DNA of 44,648 nt, taken from Acidobacteriota bacterium. GTDB lineage: Bacteria; Acidobacteriota; CAIWXX01. The notes beneath the pieces were generated by a model that was not told where the DNA came from, did not search any database, and saw only the letters and a list, made by a program, of their open reading frames with translations. Positions 8,812 through 16,880 of the stretch are shown piece by piece. Position numbers and translations under genes: made by a program. The DNA lies in assembly GCA_040755995.1 (NCBI GenBank), contig JBFMAF010000039.1:1-44648 (forward strand), written 5' to 3'. Every line of letters begins with the position of its first letter. Positions within the stretch are counted from its first letter, which is position 1.

Positions 8812-10083
8812 TCAATCATCGGTCGAGCCCTTCTGGCGGCCCCAGTTCTTCTTTCGGAAGCCTCGCTTCTCCCTCGGGACAGTCCTACAAGATCCAGGAG
8901 TCTCCCCCTGCGCCTGACGAAGTGCCCTCACCCTCCGCATTCCCAAAGCATACCGAGTCCGTTCAATCTCGCCAGCGAGAATGTCCTCATCTGGAAGAGC
9001 GGTCTTATATTCGGACGCCAGCACCTTGTTCGCAAGGCCCTCCAGCGCGTAATGGACAACAGCCTCGTCCTTCTGGGCGCACAGAATGAGTCCTACAGGC
9101 GGGTTCTCCCCTTCGTGCATCCAGTGTTCTCGGGCGTAGTTTAGATACAAGTGCATCTGGCCGGCCTCGGCATGGGTGAACTTGCCGATCTTCAAGTCGA
9201 TGACCACCAGACACCGCAACCGTCGATGGAAGAAGAGAAGATCAATCCGGTACCACTCCTCGCCAATGCGCAGCCGTCTCTGCCTGCCAATGAAGCAGAA
9301 GTCACCTCCAAGCTCCAGAAGGAACGTCTCGAGGTGCCGGATGAGCGCCTCTTCCAGATCGCTCTCGGAATACTCATCCTTGAGGCCGAGGAACTCCAGG
9401 ACGTACGGGTCCTTGATCTGTTCCTCAGGGGTAACAGCGTCTTCCGGCAGGGACTTCTGGCCCTTCACCAGCATAGCGGCCTTGTTCCTGGAAAGGGCCG
9501 TCCGTTGGTAGAACTGCGACTCGATCTGTCGGGCCAGTTGGCGGACTGACCAGCCTCCGCGCAGGGCTTCAGCTTCATAGAATGCCCTGGCCTGCCCCGA
9601 GGGGCTGCGCCTTACCAGCAGAACGTAATGAGACCATGATAGTGGGAGGGCAGCAGCGAGAGATGTGAGATCCGTGGTCCCAGACAGCACTTCGGATTTT
9701 CCGGACGGTGTATGGAGTTTCTCACCCGTCGGCGCCAGAGACGATTTTCCAGACACTGTCTGGAGTATCCCTGCATAAGCCAGGTAGAAAGCCCGCATGT
9801 CGAACAGGTTGCTCTTGCCGAACCCGCGTCCAAACCTGGCAGATAAATCCGTGGCGAGTTGTTCGATCAGTTCTTCGCCGTACGCTGCACGTGCACCGCC
9901 CCCTTGCTCGTGCTCGACGACTCGACGCCCTATGAGCCAGTAGGCTGCCGTCATGACGGAGTTGACCGATCGCGCAACCGACCGCCTCGCCGTATGGATG
10001 ACATCACACAGCTCGCCGAGGATCGATGCGTAGTCCCTGTCGTTCACCTTGCTTCGTCTGGTCGGACGGTTCCTTGGCATCAC
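8812..10083 (-). CDS. DUF1016/YhcG-family PD-(D/E)XK nuclease
   Basis: AYWLIGRRVVE, LSWSHY, WSVRQL, IKDPYVLEFL, FLLELG, IDLLFFHRRLRCLVVIDLK, GQMHLYL; start codon uncertain (GTGA overlap with helicase stop). Confidence 0.92.
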   Translation of the reverse strand: MMPRNRPTRRSKVNDRDYASILGELCDVIHTARRSVARSVNSVMTAAYWLIGRRVVEHEQGGGARAAYGEELIEQLATDLSARFGRGFGKSNLFDMRAFYLAYAGILQTVSGKSSLAPTGEKLHTPSGKSEVLSGTTDLTSLAAALPLSWSHYVLLVRRSPSGQARAFYEAEALRGGWSVRQLARQIESQFYQRTALSRNKAAMLVKGQKSLPEDAVTPEEQIKDPYVLEFLGLKDEYSESDLEEALIRHLETFLLELGGDFCFIGRQRRLRIGEEWYRIDLLFFHRRLRCLVVIDLKIGKFTHAEAGQMHLYLNYAREHWMHEGENPPVGLILCAQKDEAVVHYALEGLANKVLASEYKTALPDEDILAGEIERTRYALGMRRVRALRQAQGETPGSCRTVPREKRGFRKKNWGRQKGSTDD

Positions 10084-13000
10084 TCTAATCTCTCGTAGCG
10101 CGACTTGTCTTCCCGCACCACCATCGGCCTGGTCATCGCGTTCACTTCCAGCCAGTAGTGCTGCACCTTGGATACCTCATGCCACTCGAAGCGGGCTGGG
10201 TCGCGGATCGGCTCCTGGAGCGTGGGGCTCGTAGCACAGTTCGTGACGACGCAGAGCCAGTAACAGTCACGCCTGTCCTCGGCCACGCGACGCTCGTTGG
10301 GCGTGAGCAAAATCGTTCCCGTGGCCCCGGCCAGCCCCTTCACCTCGATGAGACGCAGCTCGCCGGAAGCCGCGTCTAGACTCGTCACATCGTAGCCGAG
10401 GTTCTTCTCGTGAACATCGTGGACCTGGCGGCCTTGCGACTTCTCGTGCTCCATCACCACCCGCATGGCAGCGGCCTCGGTCTCGAGATTCGGCTGCAGA
10501 CGTTGCACCTCCGGGGTCTCGCGCTCGGGGTGCGGCAGGACAACAACGCTCGTGATGCGTTCGACAGCTTGGAGAGAGAGGGAGCGCTGCCGCTCCAGTT
10601 CCTGCCTGCGGCGGTCGCGGCGTGCCAGCAATTCCGCGTGCCGCGTTTCCGCCTGCGACAGTCGCCCTTCCGCGCCGGGAAGCTTCCTTTCCACATCCGA
10701 CGCGGCCCTGCCGATTTCCTCGTCCGCCTTCTGGAGTAGCTCGGTGAGTGACAACTCGACATGAGACGCGATACGCTCTACCTCGGACAACCGCTCTGCG
10801 CGGGTCTCATCGAGAAACGGCCGGAAGGCGCATGCCTGAAGCCATTCGCTTGCCTCAGGCAGGAGGGCGGCAGGTGGCAGGCTTGCTGGAACCTCGGCAG
10901 GCGCGAAGTTGCCCAAGAGCCCAGGTTCGCGAAGAGCGGGTTGCTTGCCCTCGGCAAGTTCCACGGCGAAGAGGCGCTCGTGAATGATCTGCCCAAGCCC
11001 ATCGACGACGCGGGCGCGGTAGAAGTCGATGCGGCTCGGTTGGTCGTTCTGAACCGAGTAGAAGCAGGCACCCATGCTGAACGAATCGACGGCGAGCGAC
11101 GAGGTGTGCCGCCGCAGGGCCTCGAAGAGCGGATGCCCCGGTGTGACCCATTCCAATCTGTTCTTCTCCGCAATCTCACGGTCGGTCGAGCTTCGCGGGT
11201 ACTTGGAGGCGAGAGCGGGGAGCTTCCAGTCCGGCTCGCGCTCATACCGGCGAAGAGGGGACGGCGTACGACCGGGCTCAAACGTGTGCGCCAGGCTGGG
11301 GACCATTTTGAGTTCCAGCCGCGCATACTCTGCGGCCTCGCGCATGAAGCGGGCGACTGTCTCGGGCACGACACGGTGTTCCTGCGCCATGGCCCGGCGC
11401 TCGACCAGCATCGCGAGATTTAGCTTCTTGGACGCAAGTCCCTCCAGTGCATTCTGGCAGATGGCGCGGAACTGGCGCTCGTCCACGTTCTTCAGCAGGC
11501 GGTCCTCGAGGTCCGCATCGCCCAGCCTGCCGGCATAGTAGTCGCGCAGGACGCGCTCCACGTGCGCTGCGGGCAGCACCTCGCCCACGACGTTGAAGAC
11601 GGCATCGTCGTCCAAGGCGTCACGGATTTCCTGCAACTTCTCCAGGAGGCGCTGCAGAACTCGGCCCTCGATCGTGTTCGTGGCAACGAAGTTGAAGATC
11701 AGGCAGTCCTTGAGCTGGCCGTAGCGGTGGATACGGCCCATGCGCTGTTCCAGGCGATTCGGGTTCCACGGAATGTCGTAGTTGAAGAGAATGTGGCACG
11801 CCTGGAGGTTGATGCCTTCGCCCGCCGCCTCGGTGGCCACGAGCACCTGGATCGCGCCTTCGCTGAACTGCTGCTCGGCGTACAGTCGGGTGCCTCGTTC
11901 CTCTCGCGAGCCGGGCTTCATGCCGCCATGGATGTATCCGACCTTGAAGCCCCAGTCCTTGAGCTTCGCCACGAGGTAATCCAACGTATCCTTATACTCG
12001 GTGAAGACAAGCAGGCGTTGGTCTGGACGGTCGAAGAAGCCCTCGTTCTGAAGGAGTTCCTTGAGTCGGGACAACTTCGACTCGACACCAGCCTCCTCAA
12101 CGGCCTGGGCTCGAGCCGCAAGTGAGCGCAGTTCCTGCGTCTCCTCACGAACCTGGCCCGCGCTGGCCGCGAGAGTCACCGCCTCGAGCATGCCCTCGAT
12201 CCGCTCACGCTCCGCCTCCTCCATCTCCTCCATCTCTTCGGGAGACGGGAGGTCCGGCGGAGCTTGGCGCACGATTTCCTGCGCCCGCTTCAGCCCTTCT
12301 TCCAACTTGCGGGCCCGGTTCTCCAGGCTGTGGCGCACGGCATACGTGCTGGATGCGAGCCTGCGCTGGTAGAGAGACATGAGGATGCCGATCGCCCAGG
12401 CGCGGGGGTCATCGCCCTGGGCCGCGGCCCTGGCGCTCTGCTCCTTCACAAAGCGCGTGACCTCCTGGTAGAGCTTGAACTCCGGGCCGTCTATCTGGAA
12501 GTCCACGGTACGTGGGATTCGCTTGGTGAATATCTTCTCGGCCACCCAGGATCCATCGGGCTTGCGCTCTGGGAAGTACACCATGGCTTCCTTGGTGCGG
12601 CGAAGGTAGAAGGGCGCACGCCTGCGATCCATGGCTTGGCGGATCGACTGGACGTCCGCATAAGCGTCCGCGTCCAAGAGCTGAAGGAAGAGGCTGAAAT
12701 TCCCCGGGTCGCCTTTGTGTGGCGTGGCCGTCAGCAAGAGTAAGTGGTCAGACGTATCCCGTAGAAGCTCTCCGAGCTTGTATCGAAGGCTCTTGTGGGT
12801 TTCATCGGATGCGGACATCCGGTGGGCCTCGTCCACGATGGCCAGGTCCCAGTGGACCTGTCGGAGACCGGGGAGGACATCATGGCGCTTGGCAAGGTCG
12901 AGCGACGTTATGACCCGCTTCTGCTCCAGCCACTGATTCACGCCGAACTGCTCCCGGATGTCCTGTCCCTTGAGCACCAGGAACTGCTCGCCGAACTTCT

Positions 13001-13532
13001 CCCTGAGTTCCCGCTGCCACTGAAAGGCGAGGTTGGCGGGGCAGACCACGAGAATGCGCTCCGCAAGGCCCCGAAGCTCCAACTCGCGGACCAGGAGACC
13101 GGCCATGATGGTCTTCCCAGCGCCGGCGTCGTCAGCCAGGAGGAATCGCACCCGGGCGAGTTTCAGCAGATAGTCGTAGATCGCTTCCAGCTGATGGGGC
13201 AACGGATCGACTCGGGAAATGGACAGGCCGAAGTAGGGGTCGAACTCGTAGGCGATGCCGAGCGAATGTGCCTGGACGCCGAGCCGCAGCAGTTGCCCAT
13301 CGCCCGCGTATGTGAAGCTGGAATCGAGTACAGTCAGCTTCTCCAGGTCGCGAACTGTGAGCGTAACCCTGCGGAATTGCTCTGTCCGAAGGCCGACCAG
13401 TCCAACGATCAAGGTGCCGGGGCCGCCAGAGCGGACAGTCTCAACACGCATGGGCTCACTGAAGAGTGAGCCGGTGAGAACGTGTCCTTCCCGGATGGGA
13501 TGAACTTCACTGGATGGGGCGCCCTCGCTCAT
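10080..13532 (-). CDS. SNF2-family helicase with C-terminal DUF3883 (NOV-like) nuclease domain
   Basis: LLADDAGAGKT, VDEAH, LTATPH, TEAAGEGINLQ, WNPNRLEQRMGRIHRYGQ; C-terminal GYDVTS...IEVKG...LTPNE. Confidence 0.93.
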   Translation of the reverse strand: MSEGAPSSEVHPIREGHVLTGSLFSEPMRVETVRSGGPGTLIVGLVGLRTEQFRRVTLTVRDLEKLTVLDSSFTYAGDGQLLRLGVQAHSLGIAYEFDPYFGLSISRVDPLPHQLEAIYDYLLKLARVRFLLADDAGAGKTIMAGLLVRELELRGLAERILVVCPANLAFQWQRELREKFGEQFLVLKGQDIREQFGVNQWLEQKRVITSLDLAKRHDVLPGLRQVHWDLAIVDEAHRMSASDETHKSLRYKLGELLRDTSDHLLLLTATPHKGDPGNFSLFLQLLDADAYADVQSIRQAMDRRRAPFYLRRTKEAMVYFPERKPDGSWVAEKIFTKRIPRTVDFQIDGPEFKLYQEVTRFVKEQSARAAAQGDDPRAWAIGILMSLYQRRLASSTYAVRHSLENRARKLEEGLKRAQEIVRQAPPDLPSPEEMEEMEEAERERIEGMLEAVTLAASAGQVREETQELRSLAARAQAVEEAGVESKLSRLKELLQNEGFFDRPDQRLLVFTEYKDTLDYLVAKLKDWGFKVGYIHGGMKPGSREERGTRLYAEQQFSEGAIQVLVATEAAGEGINLQACHILFNYDIPWNPNRLEQRMGRIHRYGQLKDCLIFNFVATNTIEGRVLQRLLEKLQEIRDALDDDAVFNVVGEVLPAAHVERVLRDYYAGRLGDADLEDRLLKNVDERQFRAICQNALEGLASKKLNLAMLVERRAMAQEHRVVPETVARFMREAAEYARLELKMVPSLAHTFEPGRTPSPLRRYEREPDWKLPALASKYPRSSTDREIAEKNRLEWVTPGHPLFEALRRHTSSLAVDSFSMGACFYSVQNDQPSRIDFYRARVVDGLGQIIHERLFAVELAEGKQPALREPGLLGNFAPAEVPASLPPAALLPEASEWLQACAFRPFLDETRAERLSEVERIASHVELSLTELLQKADEEIGRAASDVERKLPGAEGRLSQAETRHAELLARRDRRRQELERQRSLSLQAVERITSVVVLPHPERETPEVQRLQPNLETEAAAMRVVMEHEKSQGRQVHDVHEKNLGYDVTSLDAASGELRLIEVKGLAGATGTILLTPNERRVAEDRRDCYWLCVVTNCATSPTLQEPIRDPARFEWHEVSKVQHYWLEVNAMTRPMVVREDKSRYERLE

Positions 13533-13732
13533 GGCTCTATGCCCCGGCGTCCCTGCCTGCCGTCTCGTGCAACTGGGACTGTCCGAAGGGGGATGGCCTC
13601 TCCCTCGCTCCGGCTGCGTGTGTTGCGCACACCCACCGTTGGGCGGAAGGCCACAGGCGCCTCGCGTTCATTCATTTGGAGCTCTATCCCCGAGTTTCGT
13701 TGAGCGAGCACGTCAATACCCAGGAGATACGT

Positions 13733-13785
13733 CGAAGTTATATGAAGTCCGCAGCAGCGTCAACCTGTGTTCACACAGGTTAGAC
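13733..13785 (-). promoter_or_regulatory. Putative promoter of the helicase operon with an overlapping inverted repeat
   Basis: Minus strand TTGACG-17nt-TAACTT; inverted repeat AACCTGTG-TTCA-CACAGGTT at 13762-13781 overlaps the -35. Confidence 0.45.
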
Positions 13786-13909
13786 AGTCGCACAGGGCTG
13801 GAGGTCTCCGCCCTCTATCGCGCGGCCTCGGATCCCTGGCCAGCCCGCGCGTAGGTGAGGCCCGCCACCAGGGTCACTGCGGCGGCGCCCGAGGCCCTTG
13901 CTCGCACTC

Positions 13910-14254
13910 TCATTGGTAGCCCGACCACACGTCACGGAAGAGCGGCGTGATGTCCGAAGCCTCCTGCGGGCCGGTGAGAACGCGCCAGCCTTCACCGAGC
14001 ACATCCTCCAGCTCGCCCGAGATCACCGAGACGTGGCCTGGGACGATCACCGTTCGATGCGAGATTCGATCTGTGGCAGCCAGCTTGCGCAACGCCTTGC
14101 CCACGCGGTCGCCGGAGAACTTGCATGCGCCGGGCCCGTTGCATTCGGCGGAGATCGGTTCGGATGCGATCTGAGCCGCTCGGAGAATCGTAGTCTTCTC
14201 GTCCACCTGCACGCACCGGCCCGACGGCGAGAAGACGACGCGATGTTTGGTCAC
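13910..14254 (-). pseudogene. Chimera: 5' end of a 2Fe-2S/RACo (AcsV-like) gene fused in frame to a diverged copy of the acsC 3' end
   Basis: The first 44 aa (VVFSPSGRCVQVDEKTTILRAAQ...CNGPGAC) are a 2Fe-2S ferredoxin start; the remainder KFSGDRVGKAL...DVWSGY matches the AcsC C-terminus (13917-14124 vs 15543-15750). Confidence 0.85.
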
Positions 14255-14287
14255 TGCGGACCTCCCCCTCTAGCTCCCCGAGTAGCC

Positions 14288-15412
14288 TCAGAATGCGAGC
14301 TCTGCCAGGAACTCGTGAGCTGACAGCATCTCGACACCGCCGGCGCTCCTTCTACGATCGAGATCATGAACAACCTGGATCGCTCTTGCAGTCGGCAGGA
14401 AGGAGTGAAAACGAAGGAGAGAGCGCGCGAAAAGGTCATGACCGGACTTGACCTCGACCATCAACACGGGCTTGCCGTCCACGATAGCGAGGAAATCCAC
14501 CTCGTTCTTCTCCTTGTCCCGCAGGTAGTGCAGTGAAGTCCGGCTGCCTCTGGTATCCTCGACAAGATGGAGCTCCCGCAGCAAGGCGTTCGCCACCGCA
14601 TTCTCCAGCCTGGCGCCTACATCTCCCTCGACGGCGCCCGTATCATACAAGTAGTACTTCGGCTCCTTGAGTATCGACCTCGCAATGTTTCGGTGATAGG
14701 GCCTCACGGGGAAGATGACACACAGGTTCTCGAGTATCTGTAGCCAGTGCTTGACCGTGTGGACAGAGACCTGCAAGTCTTGAGCCAAGGAGCTGTACGA
14801 GGTCGGCGCCCCGACGCGGTTCCTGAGCAGGTCGATTAGAATCTCGATGGACTTCAGATCTCTGACGCTCTCCAGGTCGAGCACATCCTCGCGGATGATG
14901 GTATCGAGATGCGTGCGGCGCCAGCGAGCCGCTGCGACATCGCTCCTCTTCAGATACGGCTCTGGGAAGCCGCCGAAGCGCAGGAGGCCGGCCAGTGCCT
15001 CACGGGCCGACTCCCCAAGGAGCTCCACGCATTCCTTGACGGTCAGCGGATGAAGTCGGTAGGCATAGTAGCGTCCCGCGAGCGAATCGCCGCCTTTGCG
15101 GTAGACGTCGAGCCGCGCTGAGCCAGTCACGAGCAACCCAGGGGGTACGCCCCGAGTGTCGTACACCCCTTTGATCCACGACTTCCACTTCTTCATCTTG
15201 TGAAGCTCATCGAATATGACAAGCCCAACCTTGGTGTCCCATTCCTCCCTGTGGATCATCCGGCGGTCCGCAGCAGAGTCGTAACTGAGATACACAAAAG
15301 GCTCCACCAGCTGCTTGGAGAGCGTCGTCTTGCCCACCTGACGCGGCCCCGAAACCAGAACGAGCTTCTCCTGCAAGTCCTCCCTGATCTGCGCCTCCAG
15401 GTACCGCCGCAT
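14288..15412 (-). CDS. AAA_14 + DUF4143 ATP-binding protein
   Basis: SGPRQVGKTT, IFDELH, VTGSARL, DSLAGR, FGGFPEP, PKYYLYDTG, LEN, EVDFL...VEVKS. Confidence 0.92.
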   Translation of the reverse strand: MRRYLEAQIREDLQEKLVLVSGPRQVGKTTLSKQLVEPFVYLSYDSAADRRMIHREEWDTKVGLVIFDELHKMKKWKSWIKGVYDTRGVPPGLLVTGSARLDVYRKGGDSLAGRYYAYRLHPLTVKECVELLGESAREALAGLLRFGGFPEPYLKRSDVAAARWRRTHLDTIIREDVLDLESVRDLKSIEILIDLLRNRVGAPTSYSSLAQDLQVSVHTVKHWLQILENLCVIFPVRPYHRNIARSILKEPKYYLYDTGAVEGDVGARLENAVANALLRELHLVEDTRGSRTSLHYLRDKEKNEVDFLAIVDGKPVLMVEVKSGHDLFARSLLRFHSFLPTARAIQVVHDLDRRRSAGGVEMLSAHEFLAELAF

Positions 15413-15413
15413 A

Positions 15414-15446
15414 TGACTATTTTGAAGCTTACTTCAAAATAGTCAA
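15414..15446 (-). promoter_or_regulatory. Perfect 14-bp inverted repeat covering a probable leaderless promoter
   Basis: TGACTATTTTGAAG-CTTA-CTTCAAAATAGTCA (15414-15445); minus strand TTGACT-16nt-CAAAAT-6nt-ATG; no RBS. Confidence 0.75.
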
Positions 15447-15535
15447 GACTTTTTTGAAATGCGCTTCAATTTGGTCGGATGCGACCGCCCGTCCTCTTGC
15501 CGCGGGTGTTTGGCACGCGAATACGATGGCCTATT

Positions 15536-16870
15536 TCACGGATACCCCGACCACACGTCGCGGAAGAAGGGCGCTATGTCGGATGCTTCCTGAGGCCCGG
15601 TTAGAACGCGCCAGCCGTGCCCTAGTGCGTCCTCGAGCTCGCCCGAGATCACCGAGACGTAGCCCGGGATTATCACCGTGTGATGCGCAACTCGATCGGT
15701 GGCACCCAGCTCGCGCAACGCCTTGCCCACGCGGTCGCCCGAAAACTTGCCCGCTGACCATGCCGTCAACACGCTCATGCCCTCGGCATCCACCACGACC
15801 AGATGCGAGGGAACACCCGTGGCCTCGATCTCCGTCGATACGATGAAGTACGTGAGCGAGAAGTTGGTGGTGACGAGCATCGGCGACTTCGGCCCGGGTT
15901 CGCCGATCGCGTAGATCCCAGGGTCCATCTGAAGCGGCTTCTGCGGATCCGTGTAGATGTTCTGGCGAAGCGTCCAGAGTGGAAGCCATGTTTCACTTGC
16001 ATCGTCCTCGATCACCAGCACCGACGCGAACTTCGTGATCCCGAGGACAGCCTTCTCAATCTCGCCCTGCCCCACCCGCAAGAACACGGGATGGCCCAGT
16101 CCCGGGTGCACCCGATCGAGTGCACCTCGGCGAATGAGCGTCAAGTCGCGGTGCAGCGCAGGTAGATCGGCCGCCGGAGGCTCAAGCAAGACGTCAGCGA
16201 CGCCGCTCTTCACTATCTCCGCAGCGCTCGATGCCAGCGCGCTCAGATCCGGCGCGGAAACCACAAGAGGGATCCCGTGCCTCGCGGCGATGCTGGCGTA
16301 TGGTCCGGGATCGGCTCCGGCGGGGGGCACCAGGAGCGGCCGGTGAGACTTCAACTTCTCAACCAGCTTTCCCGCGCCATCCGGAGTTTCCGCCAGGACG
16401 ATCGCAGGAAGCCCGTGCTTCATCGTCGCATCGGCGCATGCGAGACACTGCGCGGCTGCGCTTGGAATCTCGCGAATCGCCACACCATCCACGCGAAAGG
16501 TCTCGCCGGCCCTCTCGATACGGATCGCAGCCCAGCGGGCCACGGTCGCTTCGGGATCGGCCACCTTGGCGGGATCAAGCACGCGGAAAAGGCCGGGCTT
16601 CCGGACGAACGTCTTCTCGTGCCGGAAGAAGACCGTCTCCTCGCCCACGGTCACCGCGCGGTCGCCGCTGCCGATCGTGACCCCGCGGATCGGCGGCGCC
16701 GATGCCGCGCCGAGCGCCGCCCTGGCCTCTTCAGACGCGTCGGGGCACTTGTCGAGAGACTCCTTGCCGGCAGCCAGCTTCATCGCGAATGCCAGGCAGG
16801 TCGGATAGCCGCACTTCTTGCAGTTGGTATTCGGGAGCAGTTTGAAAATCTGCAGTCCTGTCAGCGCCAT
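15536..16870 (-). CDS. acsC: Corrinoid iron-sulfur protein large subunit (CFeSP gamma)
   Basis: MALTGLQIFKLLPNTNCKKCGYPTCLAFAMKL, FFRHEKTF, LRQNIYTDPQKP, TTNFSLTYF, SVLTAWSAGKF. Confidence 0.96.
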   Translation of the reverse strand: MALTGLQIFKLLPNTNCKKCGYPTCLAFAMKLAAGKESLDKCPDASEEARAALGAASAPPIRGVTIGSGDRAVTVGEETVFFRHEKTFVRKPGLFRVLDPAKVADPEATVARWAAIRIERAGETFRVDGVAIREIPSAAAQCLACADATMKHGLPAIVLAETPDGAGKLVEKLKSHRPLLVPPAGADPGPYASIAARHGIPLVVSAPDLSALASSAAEIVKSGVADVLLEPPAADLPALHRDLTLIRRGALDRVHPGLGHPVFLRVGQGEIEKAVLGITKFASVLVIEDDASETWLPLWTLRQNIYTDPQKPLQMDPGIYAIGEPGPKSPMLVTTNFSLTYFIVSTEIEATGVPSHLVVVDAEGMSVLTAWSAGKFSGDRVGKALRELGATDRVAHHTVIIPGYVSVISGELEDALGHGWRVLTGPQEASDIAPFFRDVWSGYP

Positions 16871-16880
16871 GCTTAACCTC

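Noticed and set aside
70..13817. 10-bp direct repeat CCGCCCTCTA at 70-79 and 13808-13817 as a target-site duplication of the island
   Set aside because: 10-mers recur by chance in 44 kb of high-GC DNA, the left copy overlaps an RBS, and no transposase or integrase is present
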